In this document: positions 51,651 through 64,000 of the stretch, one piece after another | Numbering within the stretch: the stretch's first letter is position 1 | Layout: the number at the start of each line of letters is the position of its first letter | NCBI GenBank assembly: GCA_028534125.1 | Contig: CM052816.1 | Location: forward strand, 96,350,001-96,414,000 | Origin: Lama glama | Lineage: Eukaryota | Direction of reading: 5' to 3' | Length of the DNA stretch: 64,000 nucleotides | The notes under the pieces: model-generated | What the model saw: the letters and a program-made list of their open reading frames with translations, nothing else | What the model was told of the DNA's origin: nothing | Databases searched by the model: none | Program-made: the position numbers and the translations under genes

Positions 51651-52289
51651 TACAAGATGGGGAGGGTTCAATGGCTATATTCTAAGTTCCTCAAGAGAAT
51701 CCAGTGAAAATTATAAACAATTGGATTCTTTTTATAGTTTGTTGCATATGTTCCTTTATGTAAAATCTAATTTCTTTTTGATTTTCAGAATAAAATCAGT
51801 ATCCTTCATGTGTGCGTGTGTGTGTGTGTGTGTGTGTTTCAAAGTGCTTCCATTTATTGCATCTGAATCTTATAAACATCTATGGGAGAAGAGAAGGATA
51901 ACTATGCCAATTTTGCAAGTGTCTCAAACCCAGTTTGATTGTGTCTATGTCCAGAAATTTCTTTGTAGTGATGCCCTGCTATTGAGGACATCTTGGCCAT
52001 CATTTAATTCATCCTTTACCCCTGACATCAGTATTGTCTTCTAAGTGCCTTAACAAGTAAAGAAATGGAATAGCTTAGGTCCTAGAAGCCTATGACTTTC
52101 AAAAAACGAAAAATCAAACAAACAAAATAAACAGAAAAATAATGATTCTTCTGTCAGGGTCTTTGAATACTACATCACATTTGGTTTCCTCAACAATGCA
52201 AAGAAGTGAAAATTTCCCCCTTCACAGTTTCCTCTGCACTGGTTCAACCATATTTATGTTAAGATGGCTCCATAGAAAAATATTGCTGG

Positions 52290-52552
52290 TTAGAAAACAA
52301 ACTCTGGCTACTAAAGGGGAAAGGGCAGGGAGGGATAAATTAGAGGTGGGGATGAACAGACACACGCTACTGTATATAAAACAGATAAACAAGGACCTTC
52401 TGTAGAGCACAGGGAGCTATATTCAATTTCTTATAATAACATATAATGGGAAAGAATCTGAAAAAAAAGATATATGTATGTATATGTAGAACTGATTCAC
52501 TTTGCTGTATACCTGAAACTAACATTGTAAATCAACTACACTTCAATCAAAG
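52290..52552 (+). mobile_element. L1 3' end, artiodactyl type
   Basis: gggataaattag...tatataaaacagataaacaaggacc...gcacaggga...cacttcaat. Confidence 0.9.
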
Positions 52553-52704
52553 ATTTTTAAAACTATTGTCAGCTATGACAGGAATTTCTAGCACCTCCTC
52601 ACTGAAGAGTTGAACTGAATTAAGAAAATTGTCTCTATTTGGGTTGGTCTGACCAGGATTCATTTTCCACTGATCCTCTTCTGTTTTCCAGCAATAGGTC
52701 ACCA

Positions 52705-53430
52705 CTCTAGTTTTCCAATATTTTTTTGTTTTCTGTTTTGGTTTCGGGGCCCCTTTATCCTCTTAAAAATGAAGAAGCATTCCAAAAGAGCTTTTGTTTA
52801 TGACTGTCCCATTGATTGATGTACAGCACAAACCATCACATTTGTTCATATGACCATCAATCTCATAGAGAACATTTTTTAAGTATCAGGAAGCTGTCAA
52901 GCTCACAGTGGCAGATGTAAGTTTTCCAAAATTCAAATTTTCTCTTGCAAGCTCAAGTTTTGTCACTGAAAACAATTGTTGTCAACTGTTTCTTTTGAAG
53001 CTACTGTCTCACTTTATTCATTGTTAAGAAAGTGACAGCCAAATGTCTGTGTTTGCAAAACCATAGTTGGTCTGTCAGTTCTTTTTTTCAAATATAAAAG
53101 ATGTTCTATGGAAAAATAGCGAATCTGGTTTGTAACTCAAAGAATCACACAAGTGATTTTTCTTGCAACAATCATTACATTTCTGATTTTAACGCTCAAA
53201 ATATTTTTAAAGGACATATACTAAAGGGTTGAGATTTAATAATAATAATTTTTACCGCTTCATCTAGGACCTTCTTGAGTATAACTATTTTTAAAATTTA
53301 TTTTGTTTGATGCAAGTGCACGGCAGGGAGGAATACAATGCGTCCTGGAACAGTTTCCTGCCACAGCTCTGATTCACGTGCTGGAAGTTCTACCCATCAC
53401 TGCTTTTGCTCCATGAGTGAAAATAACACG
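52705..53430 (-). mobile_element. Charlie1-family hAT transposon fragment
   Basis: aaagagcttttgtttatg, ggaagctgtcaagctcacagtggcagat, aagggttgagatttaataa. Confidence 0.85.
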
Positions 53431-54959
53431 TCTGTTTTCTAGGACAAACTATGGTTTTCAAAAAGTTATTCAAATATTTCAGCACCACTTAAGTTTTGTG
53501 TTAAATATTCACTATGCCAGTCTCATGGATCACATGAGAGTTCTTTGTTTTAATTTGTATTTTAAGGTTTAAAGTTTGAACGTCTTTTTCTTTATTTCTT
53601 GGCCATTTTTTTATTGTATATTATTTTCCTTTGCCTGTTTTTCTGTTGGATTGTTTCTATTTGATTTGTTTAATATACGAGAAGCTCCTATATTCCAGGC
53701 ACTGAGTTACTTCTAAGAATGTAGCAACAAACAGGATACACTGATTTCTACCCTCATGGTCCTTAGCATCATGATAGTTTTAAAGAAGTTAAATTACATT
53801 TGGTAAAAGTCTTCAGGGTAAATTACATTTGGCAAGTCTTCAGTACCCCGACTTTGTATATGATATTTTTGTTCAACAGATTTCAGTTCTTACATGGTAA
53901 AACTTGTCTTTCAAAAAGTACTGGGTAATCTTTTCCAAATGACTATTTGGTGTTCATTCCAGATCAACGTGAGTAAAACAGCAAGTCTTGTACGTCCTTA
54001 GATTCAGCCATTCGTAAGGCAAAATGCAATTCTTTCCCTGAAATACTGACTCAGTCTTCGTGCTTGCAGCAAAATTTGTGAATCTACAAGTTACTGAATC
54101 AGGTGAAAGAGGCACTGCTTCCGAGGCATTCGGCAGTGCCAGCCAGTGCGATGCGGCAACTCACCCTGCAAGGTGCTTCCTGGCTCTCTCACTTCTGGTG
54201 AGAAAGTCTGTAACAATCTGCATCACAAAAGCTCAGAGCATCTCATGGCATCTGTGCTCTGTATAGTCAATTCCCTTTTCTTTAATCTTTGAATGATTAG
54301 TGTCAAAATAATGCTGCAACCTACCCAGCACTGCAATATTGTTCAAGATACTCTATCACATAAGTTTCAATATAGTCAATTATTAACATCTTATGAAGCC
54401 AGAGGAAAAATTGTTTTCATCATATTTTAATTTCTTACATATAGTTTTATCTTCTCTGGAGTAGATTCCTTCCTCTCATGAGTCAGACAACTCTAATATG
54501 TCAGCCCCATCTTTTTTTTTTATTTTTTTAACATTTTTAGATGCAAACAGTACCACTGTAGTTTGAGAAAGTGAGCACTAAAATACCTCCTTAGGCCAGT
54601 AATCAAACCTCAAATACAAGGACAGTGTAATATAAATAAATCAGCTTGCATTTTAAAACAATACAACATCAAATCTAAAATAAATAACAGTATACATAAA
54701 ATTAAAAAATTTAGAACTGTTTCCCCCCAAAATATAAAAATACATTGCAAAAGAAAAACAAATTGTAGTCACCTCTGATTGTGTTTCTGCATACGACTAA
54801 AAAAAAATTTCAGCTGTAAAAATAGTCATTTATTGAATAATACTGAGGTTAAAGAAAATTTAGCAGGTATAGCTGAAAATAGAACCAGATGGTAGGGGTA
54901 CTGAGAACGACTGAGTTAATCTCTGAAAATGTACGTATTTCTATTTATATTCTAAGTTA

Positions 54960-55190
54960 CTGCATTAGAAAATTCTAGAAATACAGAAATACCTTCTGTT
55001 TATCATCAGAGTGACCATGACATTATGTCATGTGGCTTCTGGAAAACTCAACTCTACATGAGTGAGAGAATGACAATGAGAAAGGCAAATCATGTCTTAG
55101 AATTTTATGATGACAGTTTTGACCTTGTCTTCTGCCTGTAAGGGACTCAGGTGCTCCCTAGTGTCCTCGGGCCCCATTTCGAGAACCTGT
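54960..55190. mobile_element. hAT-Charlie end fragment (MER119/Charlie1-like)
   Basis: tctggaaaactc...gtgagagaatga...aaaggcaaat...gtcttag...agttttgacct...gagaacc. Confidence 0.7.
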
Positions 55191-58100
55191 CACATATGAC
55201 TATTCCTGATTATTTCTGTTTAGGAGTAAATGTGTCAGCCTCCTTTTTATGGGAACGTTAGGGTCCAAAGTGAAAAAAAAAAAAACCCTACTGGTCAGGA
55301 AAACTGGATGTTGTGCCATTTTCTGTGTAGCTCTCTGATAGAGCTCCCTGGCAAGGGACATATGCTGGAGAGCCACGGAATTGTCTCCCTTGAAGGGACA
55401 AAGTAATCAACTGCCCAAGTTTTACAGATAGGAAATGAGAGCCCCCGAAACTGAGTATTCCAAAGCCACAGCTAGATGGGCCAGGAGATGAGATGGATGA
55501 CCCAGTTTTATTTTCTGTCCAGCTTGTGTTATTAATAGCACTAAAAATGTTTGCATGCACTTGGAAACATGTTGAACATGTTGTACACCTTAACTGGCAC
55601 AATGTATCATGTCAATTATATCTCAGTAAAGCGGGAGGAAAAAATATTTTTAAAAAAGTTTGAAAATACATTCATGATTCAATCTGCAGTATACTGTATA
55701 TACAGAGAACTACATTTAGTTAAACTGTCTCCCCAAACAACCTCCATCTGCCATGCACAGGAACATTGTATGGACTACACTTAAAAAAAGAAATCCTCAG
55801 TTTCTGCTTCAGTTAACCTTTGACCCTGTTGAGCTTGTGACGCAGTAAAAGTAAGGCTGCACTTCACATACTTGGTCTGACTCTGGGATTCTGTGGGGTG
55901 CAGCCCAGGAAGTCCTTAGTTTCCTCGCACGCTCTAGTCCTGTTTAATTTCCGCTCTTCCTGGGCGAGTTTCCTCTGTTTATTCATTATCCTCTCAACGC
56001 GTGAATTTACAGGTTACTCACAATAACTGAAACTCCTTGACAGGCATGCACTGTCCACCAAGAAACTTACTTTGCAGAAACTTCTTCCTAGATGGCAGGG
56101 AATGTTTTGCCGATAGTAACAGTAACTTCTGATACCACTTATTAAGCCGCATCTTGAGTTCAGGTCTCCTTCTTGTTGCTGGGTCCTGCTTCTATGTCAC
56201 TGAGAAATCTTGAAGATGAAATGCAACATTCATGTAAAATTCTCAGCGTGGTGTCTGGCATATGCTTAGTATGCAATTTTAATGAACTATTACTATTTCT
56301 TTTTTTCTGAAAATGCAGAGATTACTGCCCTCATATCACCATGCAGTCAGCACAATTTCTTCATGACTTCTGCGGAAGATGTTTCCTGTGTCGGTGCTGC
56401 CCTGATGGACCTGTGTCTGCTCTTTCAGTTACCTGGTATCACACACCTTAGACTGGTATTAAGTATATAAGCTCCAATGCCACACATCTTACTATATTGA
56501 TTTCAAAATTTGTATTAAGCTGTAGATGCCACCTCTGCAAAATCACACATTTCCAAAAAATCTATTAAAATATTTATGCCATAATATCCAAATTGTCTAG
56601 TTTTTAAAATATCCACTTATGAGAAATGTTCCTGAGTACAAGCAACTGAAATGCATTTAAATTAAGAATTCAACTATAAATGCTTAATAATAATAATATA
56701 TAGATGAGGCAATTGCTTGCCAATTTTGATTTGTAAACCACTCTGAGGCACAGTATCTAACCACAATCCAGATTTTGATTGCATCTTACTAAACCAGAGA
56801 AAATCATTATATTCTTGGTCTGAAAGGCTTTCATTGCTGCCAACAAATGCATATTATATAAAAGATAATTTCAACTAGAAACTAAATTTTCCCATAATAG
56901 TATTCTGTTACAACATCCAGAATAAGTTTAGTTGTTCTATTATAAATGTTGAGTGACTATTGTTCAATTGACCAATTTTCTGTCTCATTTTCTATAGTCT
57001 GAGATTCACTAAATGAGCATTTCTTTTGTTCCTTTCCAACAATGCATAAGATTCTGTGAAGTGAAGACCTGGACTCGTGCTGGCCAAGAAACGACTTGGC
57101 AAAGGCTAAGGCGTGACATGTGGTGGAGGAGGCACATTTCACCAGGTGAATGGCTCAGCTGAGAGGCACGTCATCAAAACCTTCCCGTCCAATGGGCTGC
57201 CTGTCATTCATTCTGAGCTACAGGAGCTGAGCATTCCCCGGGGGGGCACTGAGTCCTTTGTTGGCTCCAAGTTCCTGAGGAGAAAAATGATAAAGACCGT
57301 GACTGGAAGAAAGGAAGATCTTTTTTTGGCTCATCTCAACAAAAGCCGTATCTCCCCAAACACCAGTTTTGTGGCTTTACTGAGAACTCTCTCTGCCCTC
57401 CCGCCTGTGCCCTCCTTCATCCCGCAGCCAGGGGACCCGGTGCCTGGAAGCGGACTAGTCCCCTCTTTGCCAGGGAGGTGCAGGGTCTCCTGAAAGATCC
57501 AGTCTCCACTTAGGCAACCAGGAAGAGCATGCAGTCTCTGTGTGACTCTGAGAATGTTACTTCTGCCTGCCAATTTCTGCTTCCTAGAAGGAATGCTAAC
57601 CCCACTCAGAGAGCTTTCGGGGAGGTTTCGTGGGAATGTGGACATGTCTGGTAATGCCAGTTCTTTCCATGTCCTTCTGCGATCCTGTCCTGCCTTCCCC
57701 GCTGCCTCTGGTGGGAAAGGCTCCCACTCCTGGCAGACCCCTTAGAAGTCCCTTCTAAGGACGCTCTATGTGCTTTGTCTTAGTTAAAAGAAAGAAGATC
57801 TCCCGGAAGACACATACCTAGCAAACTTTTTCACGGTAGATGCAACTTTTGACACCTCCTCTCCCACAGGGAACCATTTAGCATCCAGCTGCCTGCGGTC
57901 CAGGAGTTCCTGTCCCCAGAGGTACAGAAGGGAGAAAACCCAGACACGGGATTCCCACGACACTGTCTCCAAATTCTCATTTTATCCTCACTGCTGTGCC
58001 GCGAAGGATGGTCCCATCCCCATGCCGTATATGAGGTAGTAGAAATCTGGAGACTTAAATGGCTCTTAATGTCTGCGGTGACTTCTCTCTGCTTCTGCAA

Positions 58101-58879
58101 AAACAGACAGCATTTGAGCAGCAGAAAAACACAAACGGCACGGCTTCTCTGTGGATTCTCCCCATCTCCTGCCTCATGGCCCCTGGCTGCAGCAGGTCAA
58201 TGGGACAGAACCATACAATCATGACATGCAACACCCCTGTTATTCTGGTGTGCCAAGAAGGGAAGTCCTGCTGGGCGCAGGGAGCTAGAAACAGAAGAGT
58301 TAAAAATCTGGACTCGTGGGCTTTTTTTTTTTTTTACCTTTTAAACAATTATTGAATCACTCTGTTCTAGCAGAAGCATATGTCTTTTCTCCGTGGTTTT
58401 TCCTGAGAGCCTAGACATTAACGTATATGGCTGTATGTCTTCTTCCTACACGAAAGCACACACATCAAACTTGATTCATTAATAATTAAGTTAAGGAGGT
58501 TGGAAAGGAAAAAGCTGTATTTCATCCCACCATCTCGTTTGATTTAAATGTGAATTTCAGAAAGCCATAACTGGACTAAAGTAACAACCCCTTGCTCTGT
58601 ACAACCCTGAGCACTTGACACCTTGAAAACTTCTCACCAGGCAACTTTAAATTTAAAAATATTGTTGTAAGCCCAGCTTCCTGATAGACCTTTGTGCTTC
58701 GGCGGTAGTTTGAAGCTCTCACACATCTTTCATATAAATTATTCAATCTGAACTCTCAATAAATACACTAGGTTGCGAGGGCAGCTGTTTTATTTGTGTT
58801 GCGTTAAATACAATGAGGCTCTTGAAGGGAAGTCAATTTTTCCAAAGTCATGTGGCCAGTAATTTTTCAAGCTGGATTT

Positions 58880-59379
58880 NNNNNNNNNNNNNNNNNNNNN
58901 NNNNNNNNNNNNNNNNNNNNNNNNNNNNNNNNNNNNNNNNNNNNNNNNNNNNNNNNNNNNNNNNNNNNNNNNNNNNNNNNNNNNNNNNNNNNNNNNNNNN
59001 NNNNNNNNNNNNNNNNNNNNNNNNNNNNNNNNNNNNNNNNNNNNNNNNNNNNNNNNNNNNNNNNNNNNNNNNNNNNNNNNNNNNNNNNNNNNNNNNNNNN
59101 NNNNNNNNNNNNNNNNNNNNNNNNNNNNNNNNNNNNNNNNNNNNNNNNNNNNNNNNNNNNNNNNNNNNNNNNNNNNNNNNNNNNNNNNNNNNNNNNNNNN
59201 NNNNNNNNNNNNNNNNNNNNNNNNNNNNNNNNNNNNNNNNNNNNNNNNNNNNNNNNNNNNNNNNNNNNNNNNNNNNNNNNNNNNNNNNNNNNNNNNNNNN
59301 NNNNNNNNNNNNNNNNNNNNNNNNNNNNNNNNNNNNNNNNNNNNNNNNNNNNNNNNNNNNNNNNNNNNNNNNNNNNNNN
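58880..59379. other. Assembly gap (500 N)
   Basis: Directly visible; the round size suggests a placeholder length. Confidence 1.
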
Positions 59380-61058
59380 GGGATATAATGGTGACTATCT
59401 TGGTGTCCTTAGTTTTGAAGAGATCATATTCTAGAAGGAAAAATAGGCATGTATGTCATGGTAAGAAAATCTAATAAGGATGTTAATTAAGTGCTACATT
59501 ATACAAAGAAATGATGGATAAAAAGGCATCACAGGAGGTATCTGAGATGGGCCTAAAAGCAGCTTGAGATTTAAGAGGATTTTATTTAAAGGCTTTTCAA
59601 AACAGAATGGTATATGAAGAGGCACACAGTATGCTCAGATGAAGGTGAAATATCATGAGGCCTCCAGGGTAGGTCACGTGAAGAGAGCAGACCAAGAAAG
59701 TAGCTGATGACAGGGTTCACTTACCAGTAATACTATTAGGTTGGAGACCCCAGATCACTTTAACATTCCCCATATGATACTCTGCATTCGATAAACAGCC
59801 ACCAGGGCATTTTAGGCAGAATGACAATGTCTCCAATTATTTCATTTCAGAAAGAAGTTTCTGGCAGCTGTTTGGAAGTTGAAGGGAAGCAAAAGTAGTA
59901 GCTGGGAGAGAGGCGATCACGGCAGAAACTCTTATGTGAGGAATGGAGGTGGAAAGACACAAGACAGATTCTGGAGGTAGAGGAATTTGGAGGAGGGAAG
60001 GGAGAAAGACTGAGGAAGTCTTAAGCTTTACTGCCTGAGGGCTGAGTGGAAAGTGGAGAAGGACATCTGCAGGTAGAGTAAGTGGGGTTCACTGGGATGT
60101 GCTCAGTTTGAGGCACCTGTGGAAATTCAGATGAGTCCGGAGTCCAGAGAAGAGCTGTGGTCAATCCTTGTCACCCAGGAGCTATCAGACACCACTGGGA
60201 ACTGCATGAGGAGTTCCAGGCAAACAGTGTAAGCCAGAAGCCTGAAGAGTCAGGAACAGGGTTTGTGAGAGAGCCTTTGAGTGAGGGGCCAGCCAAGAAA
60301 GTGAAGCTTTAGCGAGAGTTCCAAACAAATCCAGAGAAAGCTCAAACAATGTGGGGGGAATTGCGATCAGGATGGAATTAAAGTCTTTGATGCCGTGGCT
60401 AAAGGAGATGAGAAGCAGTGGGGATAAGAAATTGAAGGAAACATCTGAGCATGCAGGACTCATGGAAGCCAGGTTGCTGTGAAATGGGTTGTTAATGAAG
60501 GAAGATGAAACCTCACCTTTGGAAGAGTGGCTTAAATGGCTTGGGCAGGAATCCAAAGGGAGGTGAAGCTGGAGGGGACTGAGGATCAGAGGTCTTGGAA
60601 AAGTGGATATGGCAAGGAAAAGAGAATGGAGAGAGAGAGAAGGAAATTGCTTTTGCTATAGGAAACAGACGATTTGCATAACCCTAGCACTCCTCTAGGG
60701 AAGGGAGACCATGGCAATGGGCAGCTCTGAGTAGACAGATTCCCCAGAAATTCACAAAATGATACTGGGTGTTCCAGGCAGAGAGCATGGGCTAAGGAAA
60801 GCCTCCGGGCAATGCACATCCTGACATGTCAGAGGAAGTCCGTTAGCACAGGTGAGCACAGGATGGGGCCATTGCATAGGCATGGAGGGCATTCGTAGTG
60901 AAGTGGCTGGGGAGATTGTCAGATGAGCCTGGAGGATTCTCATAGATTCTAAAAAGCCTTATATATTTGGCTTTTTTTTTGAAATTAAGGATAATTGAGG
61001 GACTTTGAAGTTTGGAATGATTTTAATGATTTTTATTATAGGAAAAATATTCTGACAG

Positions 61059-61359
61059 TGTGATGGTTAATTTTGTATGTCAACTTGAGAGCCAAGGGAT
61101 GCCCAGACAGCTGGTAGAGTGGTTATGGGTGTGTCTGTGAGGGTGTCTCAGGAAGATCCACCCTCACCAACGTGGGTGGGTCTCATCTAATTCCCCGAGG
61201 ACCCGAATAGAACAAAAATGTGGAGGAAGGACCAACTATCCCTCTGCTCTTGAGCTGGGACATCAGGTTTATCCTGCCCTCAGAATCGAAACTCCTGGTC
61301 CTCAGGCCTTCAGACTCTGGGACTTGCACCAGCGCTCCTCCCACCCCCACTGCCCCGCC

Positions 61360-61420
<61 letters not shown>

Positions 61421-61602
61421 CCCCTCAAACCTTTGGCCTTGGACTGAATTACAACACCGGTTTTCCTTGTTCTCCAGCTTGCATGTGGCATATTGTGGCA
61501 TATCTCATCCTCCATAATCATGTAGGCCAATTCTCATAATCTTCTCTTATACATTTATGTATCGTGTTTGTTCTGTTTCTCTGGAGAGTCTTGATCTATA
61601 CA
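61059..61602 (+). mobile_element. ERVL solo LTR, MLT2B-like
   Basis: TG...CA ends (tgtgatggttaatttt...tgtcaacttga; ttctgtttctctggaga...taca) with a 5-bp TSD-like pair gacag/gagag. Confidence 0.92.
61359..61418. repeat. (CA)n microsatellite inside the MLT2 LTR
   Basis: About 30 units with one interruption. Confidence 0.97.
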
Positions 61603-62469
61603 GAGAGTAATCAGAAGGCAGAAATAACAAGGAGGTTCAGGTGAGAGATGATATGGACTCAAACTAGGCAATGATGCTGAGGAATGAGAGAAGGAGGTGG
61701 AGATGAGAGATACATGGGAGGAAGAACCCATAAAGATGGTGGGGTGGATTGCTCTGGGGTTGTGGTGGTTCCAGGCTGACTTCCAAGTGTGTGGTGGATT
61801 GTGGACATGGAATGGAGAAAGTGGAATGGATTTGGGGTGGAGAAGAATAAATAGGTTCAATTCTGGCCCTGCCAGACTTGAGGAGCTTATGAAACCTGTT
61901 GGGGAGATGTCGATGGGCAGCTGGCTGTGTGCACCTGCAGCAGGTGTACAAGTGCAGGTGGTTCTAGATGCTGAAAGAAACAAAAACAGACATAAGATCA
62001 AGCATAATATCTCATATAAATTCTATAACTAGTATTCCTGATTGACAGAAGCCTCTCCTTCAAGGAGTGACTCCATCATCTTGAGCAAGTGATTTTCAAG
62101 GTCCCCACGCTTGGTGATGGAGAGAAAAGAACATAAAGGGTCAAATAAGAAAGGTTCCCTTGAGCCATGTCTTACATCTCAGACATCACTCAGACACACA
62201 TGGCCTTGGCTGAAATCCAGTCACGTGGCCATACCTAACTGCAGAGGCTGGAGAATGCAGCAGACGGAACTTATACTGACTAGTCTCCACATCTCGAGGC
62301 TCTATACTTCAATAAAATCAAGTGTTATTATTAGCAGAGGAGTCTAGGCTGAGGTGGAGTGTGAGAGAGTGGAAATTGGAGAGGAAATTTCAGTGAAAAG
62401 GTTTAGGGTAAAAGAAAAAGGAGACTGTTCACAAACTGCTGGGAACTGGTAGTCTCAGAAGTAGCAGTG

Positions 62470-62830
62470 GAACATCATTCAACAACAAACGCATGCGCTC
62501 TACTGCCAAATGTAGCAGTATGCGTGAATCTCACAAACGCAGTGTTCAGAAAAAGAAACTGAAGTGTACATACCAGCTGATGCTTCTTATACAATGTTCA
62601 AAGTCAGCTAGAACTGCTGTGAGACAGCGGGACCTCGGTCAGCAGCCAGCTGCCTTCGGCGCTGTGACTGGTGTAGGGCAGACGACGGGGACTGAGGGGT
62701 ACTGGTCACATTCTTCGTCTTGATCTGGGTGCTGGTTCCCTGTATTGTTCATCTTGTGAAAATTCATTGAGGTGCACATTTGTACCATTTTTATATGTCA
62801 CATTTCAACAAGACAGCTATTTAAAAATAA
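62470..62830 (+). mobile_element. Old L1 (L1MC/ME) 3' end
   Basis: gtgaatctcacaaac...cttgatctgggtgctggtt...tgtgaaaattcattgag...tttcaacaa. Confidence 0.8.
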
Positions 62831-64000
62831 ATGGTATACCTGTTCTAAAATTTCTGCTCACAAACCTCAGTAGGGAACTTAGTTAATCATATCCTAGTTA
62901 AGAGCTCTCCCTAATTAGGAAATTTTGGCCTCTATTCCTTTTCTCCACATATATGTTCACATCCTATTGAATTTTGCTTATTGCTTTTCCCTAAAAGTGG
63001 AAAATTATTTTATCCCAAAGACAAATCTTTCTAGCAGGTTATTTTTGAATAATCCAATCCAATTCTCTTGAGTATCTTGATGTTCAGAGCAAGCATTTTC
63101 TGGTTTGGATCCATGGAAGTACATTACTCTATTAATAGTCTATCTCAAACAGTACTCTGGGGCCTGTGGAGGAGACAGCTCTCTGGTCAGCAAAGACTCC
63201 TGCATCTCTTGCATAATGTAGCTATTTTTGCTGACCCTTTGTAGCTGAATGGGACCACTGATTTCTAGTAAATTGGATGTGAGCCGATTAATTTCTGCTT
63301 CTCCCAGCCCTGACCCTTAACACCTTCCAGACAGACTATCCAGTCTTTCTCTCCCTATCAGCTGGGAGGTTGTCAGGTGCAGGTGCCCGAGGGACTCATG
63401 TGCTGCACGTGGTGGAGATTTCAATGGCATGGACTCCTGAATGCCTGCAAGAAGCTGATCACATCCAATGTGCTTTAAAGGAGCAAGAAATAAATTTCTA
63501 CTGTGCTGGGTCACTGTGGTTTCAGGTTCACCGTTTCTCCTCTGTATGGCTTCCTTGTCTTACTTGATGGGTTGTAAACAGCTCACTCAGAGTGTTTTAC
63601 CCTGCTTCCTTGTAGGACCTTTGGCTGACACAGCCCAGGACTTCCATTCTCCACACCACACCAGCAAAGTGGTCTGTCTGTTCCTGAGTCAGCCATTACA
63701 ATCTGCAGTCATGTTCAGATCTGCCCAATTAGTCAGTCCTTTATTATCCTGCTTTGTAAGGGGAACAAATGAACCCACCTGTGTGGAGGGAACCTCTGCA
63801 GTTCAGCTTTTAGCCCTGGTTTGCTGCTGCTGCTTCGCACGTGCTTCTGAATGCAGCGTCAGTCAGAGGTGGAAGACGGATGGGTATCCATTCTCAGAGA
63901 GGGAATTAGCCTCCGAGTGGTTCCACGATCCAGAGCGATCCTGGTAATTAAAAATCTGCCTGCACATGCAACCTGCATGTGGGATGCCCCTGTTAAACGG

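Larger units (their letters stand above)
59380..62000 (-). mobile_element. Degenerate L2 fragments, interrupted by an MLT2 LTR
   Basis: Purine-rich antisense L2 motifs (agtttgaggcacctgtgg, ggttcaggtgagagatgat, atggaagcca). Confidence 0.6.

Noticed and set aside
53790..53843. ~29-bp tandem duplication (taaattacatttgg...aagtcttcag)
   Set aside because: Simple local duplication among old repeat fragments.
58813..59434. 191/194-aa ORFs
   Set aside because: Artefacts of translating the N gap.
1..64000. Prokaryotic-type systems (operons, CRISPR arrays, defence islands)
   Set aside because: The sequence is mammalian and repeat-rich, with no long ORFs and no regularly spaced repeat-spacer array.

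Overview
This is mammalian, largely non-coding DNA, not a prokaryotic locus. A tRNA-Ala-derived SINE (50365-50494) and the style of the young L1 3' ends point to a camelid; that assignment is from remembered consensus sequences, not a search. I find no intact protein-coding gene. The ORF-track entries are chance ORFs or transposon remnants. The first ~2.1 kb looks like the 3' UTR and poly(A) region of an unidentified + strand gene that starts upstream of the window. The rest is transposon-rich: L1, L2, MIR, MaLR/ERVL LTRs, Tigger1, Charlie/MER20, a decayed ERV1-class provirus at ~22.1-28.8 kb, and a 500-N gap. The most notable structure is hidden ancient duplication of otherwise unique sequence. 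First, the putative UTR segment ~130-565 has a diverged inverted copy at ~14860-16350 (weakly to ~18400), split by two L1s and an MLT1D-like LTR. Second, a ~130-bp element occurs three times (8205, 10282, 10654), and one copy coincides with a well-formed 150-bp minus-strand exon candidate. Repeat family names and boundaries were assigned by eye and are approximate. I cannot claim a new biological system from this sequence.
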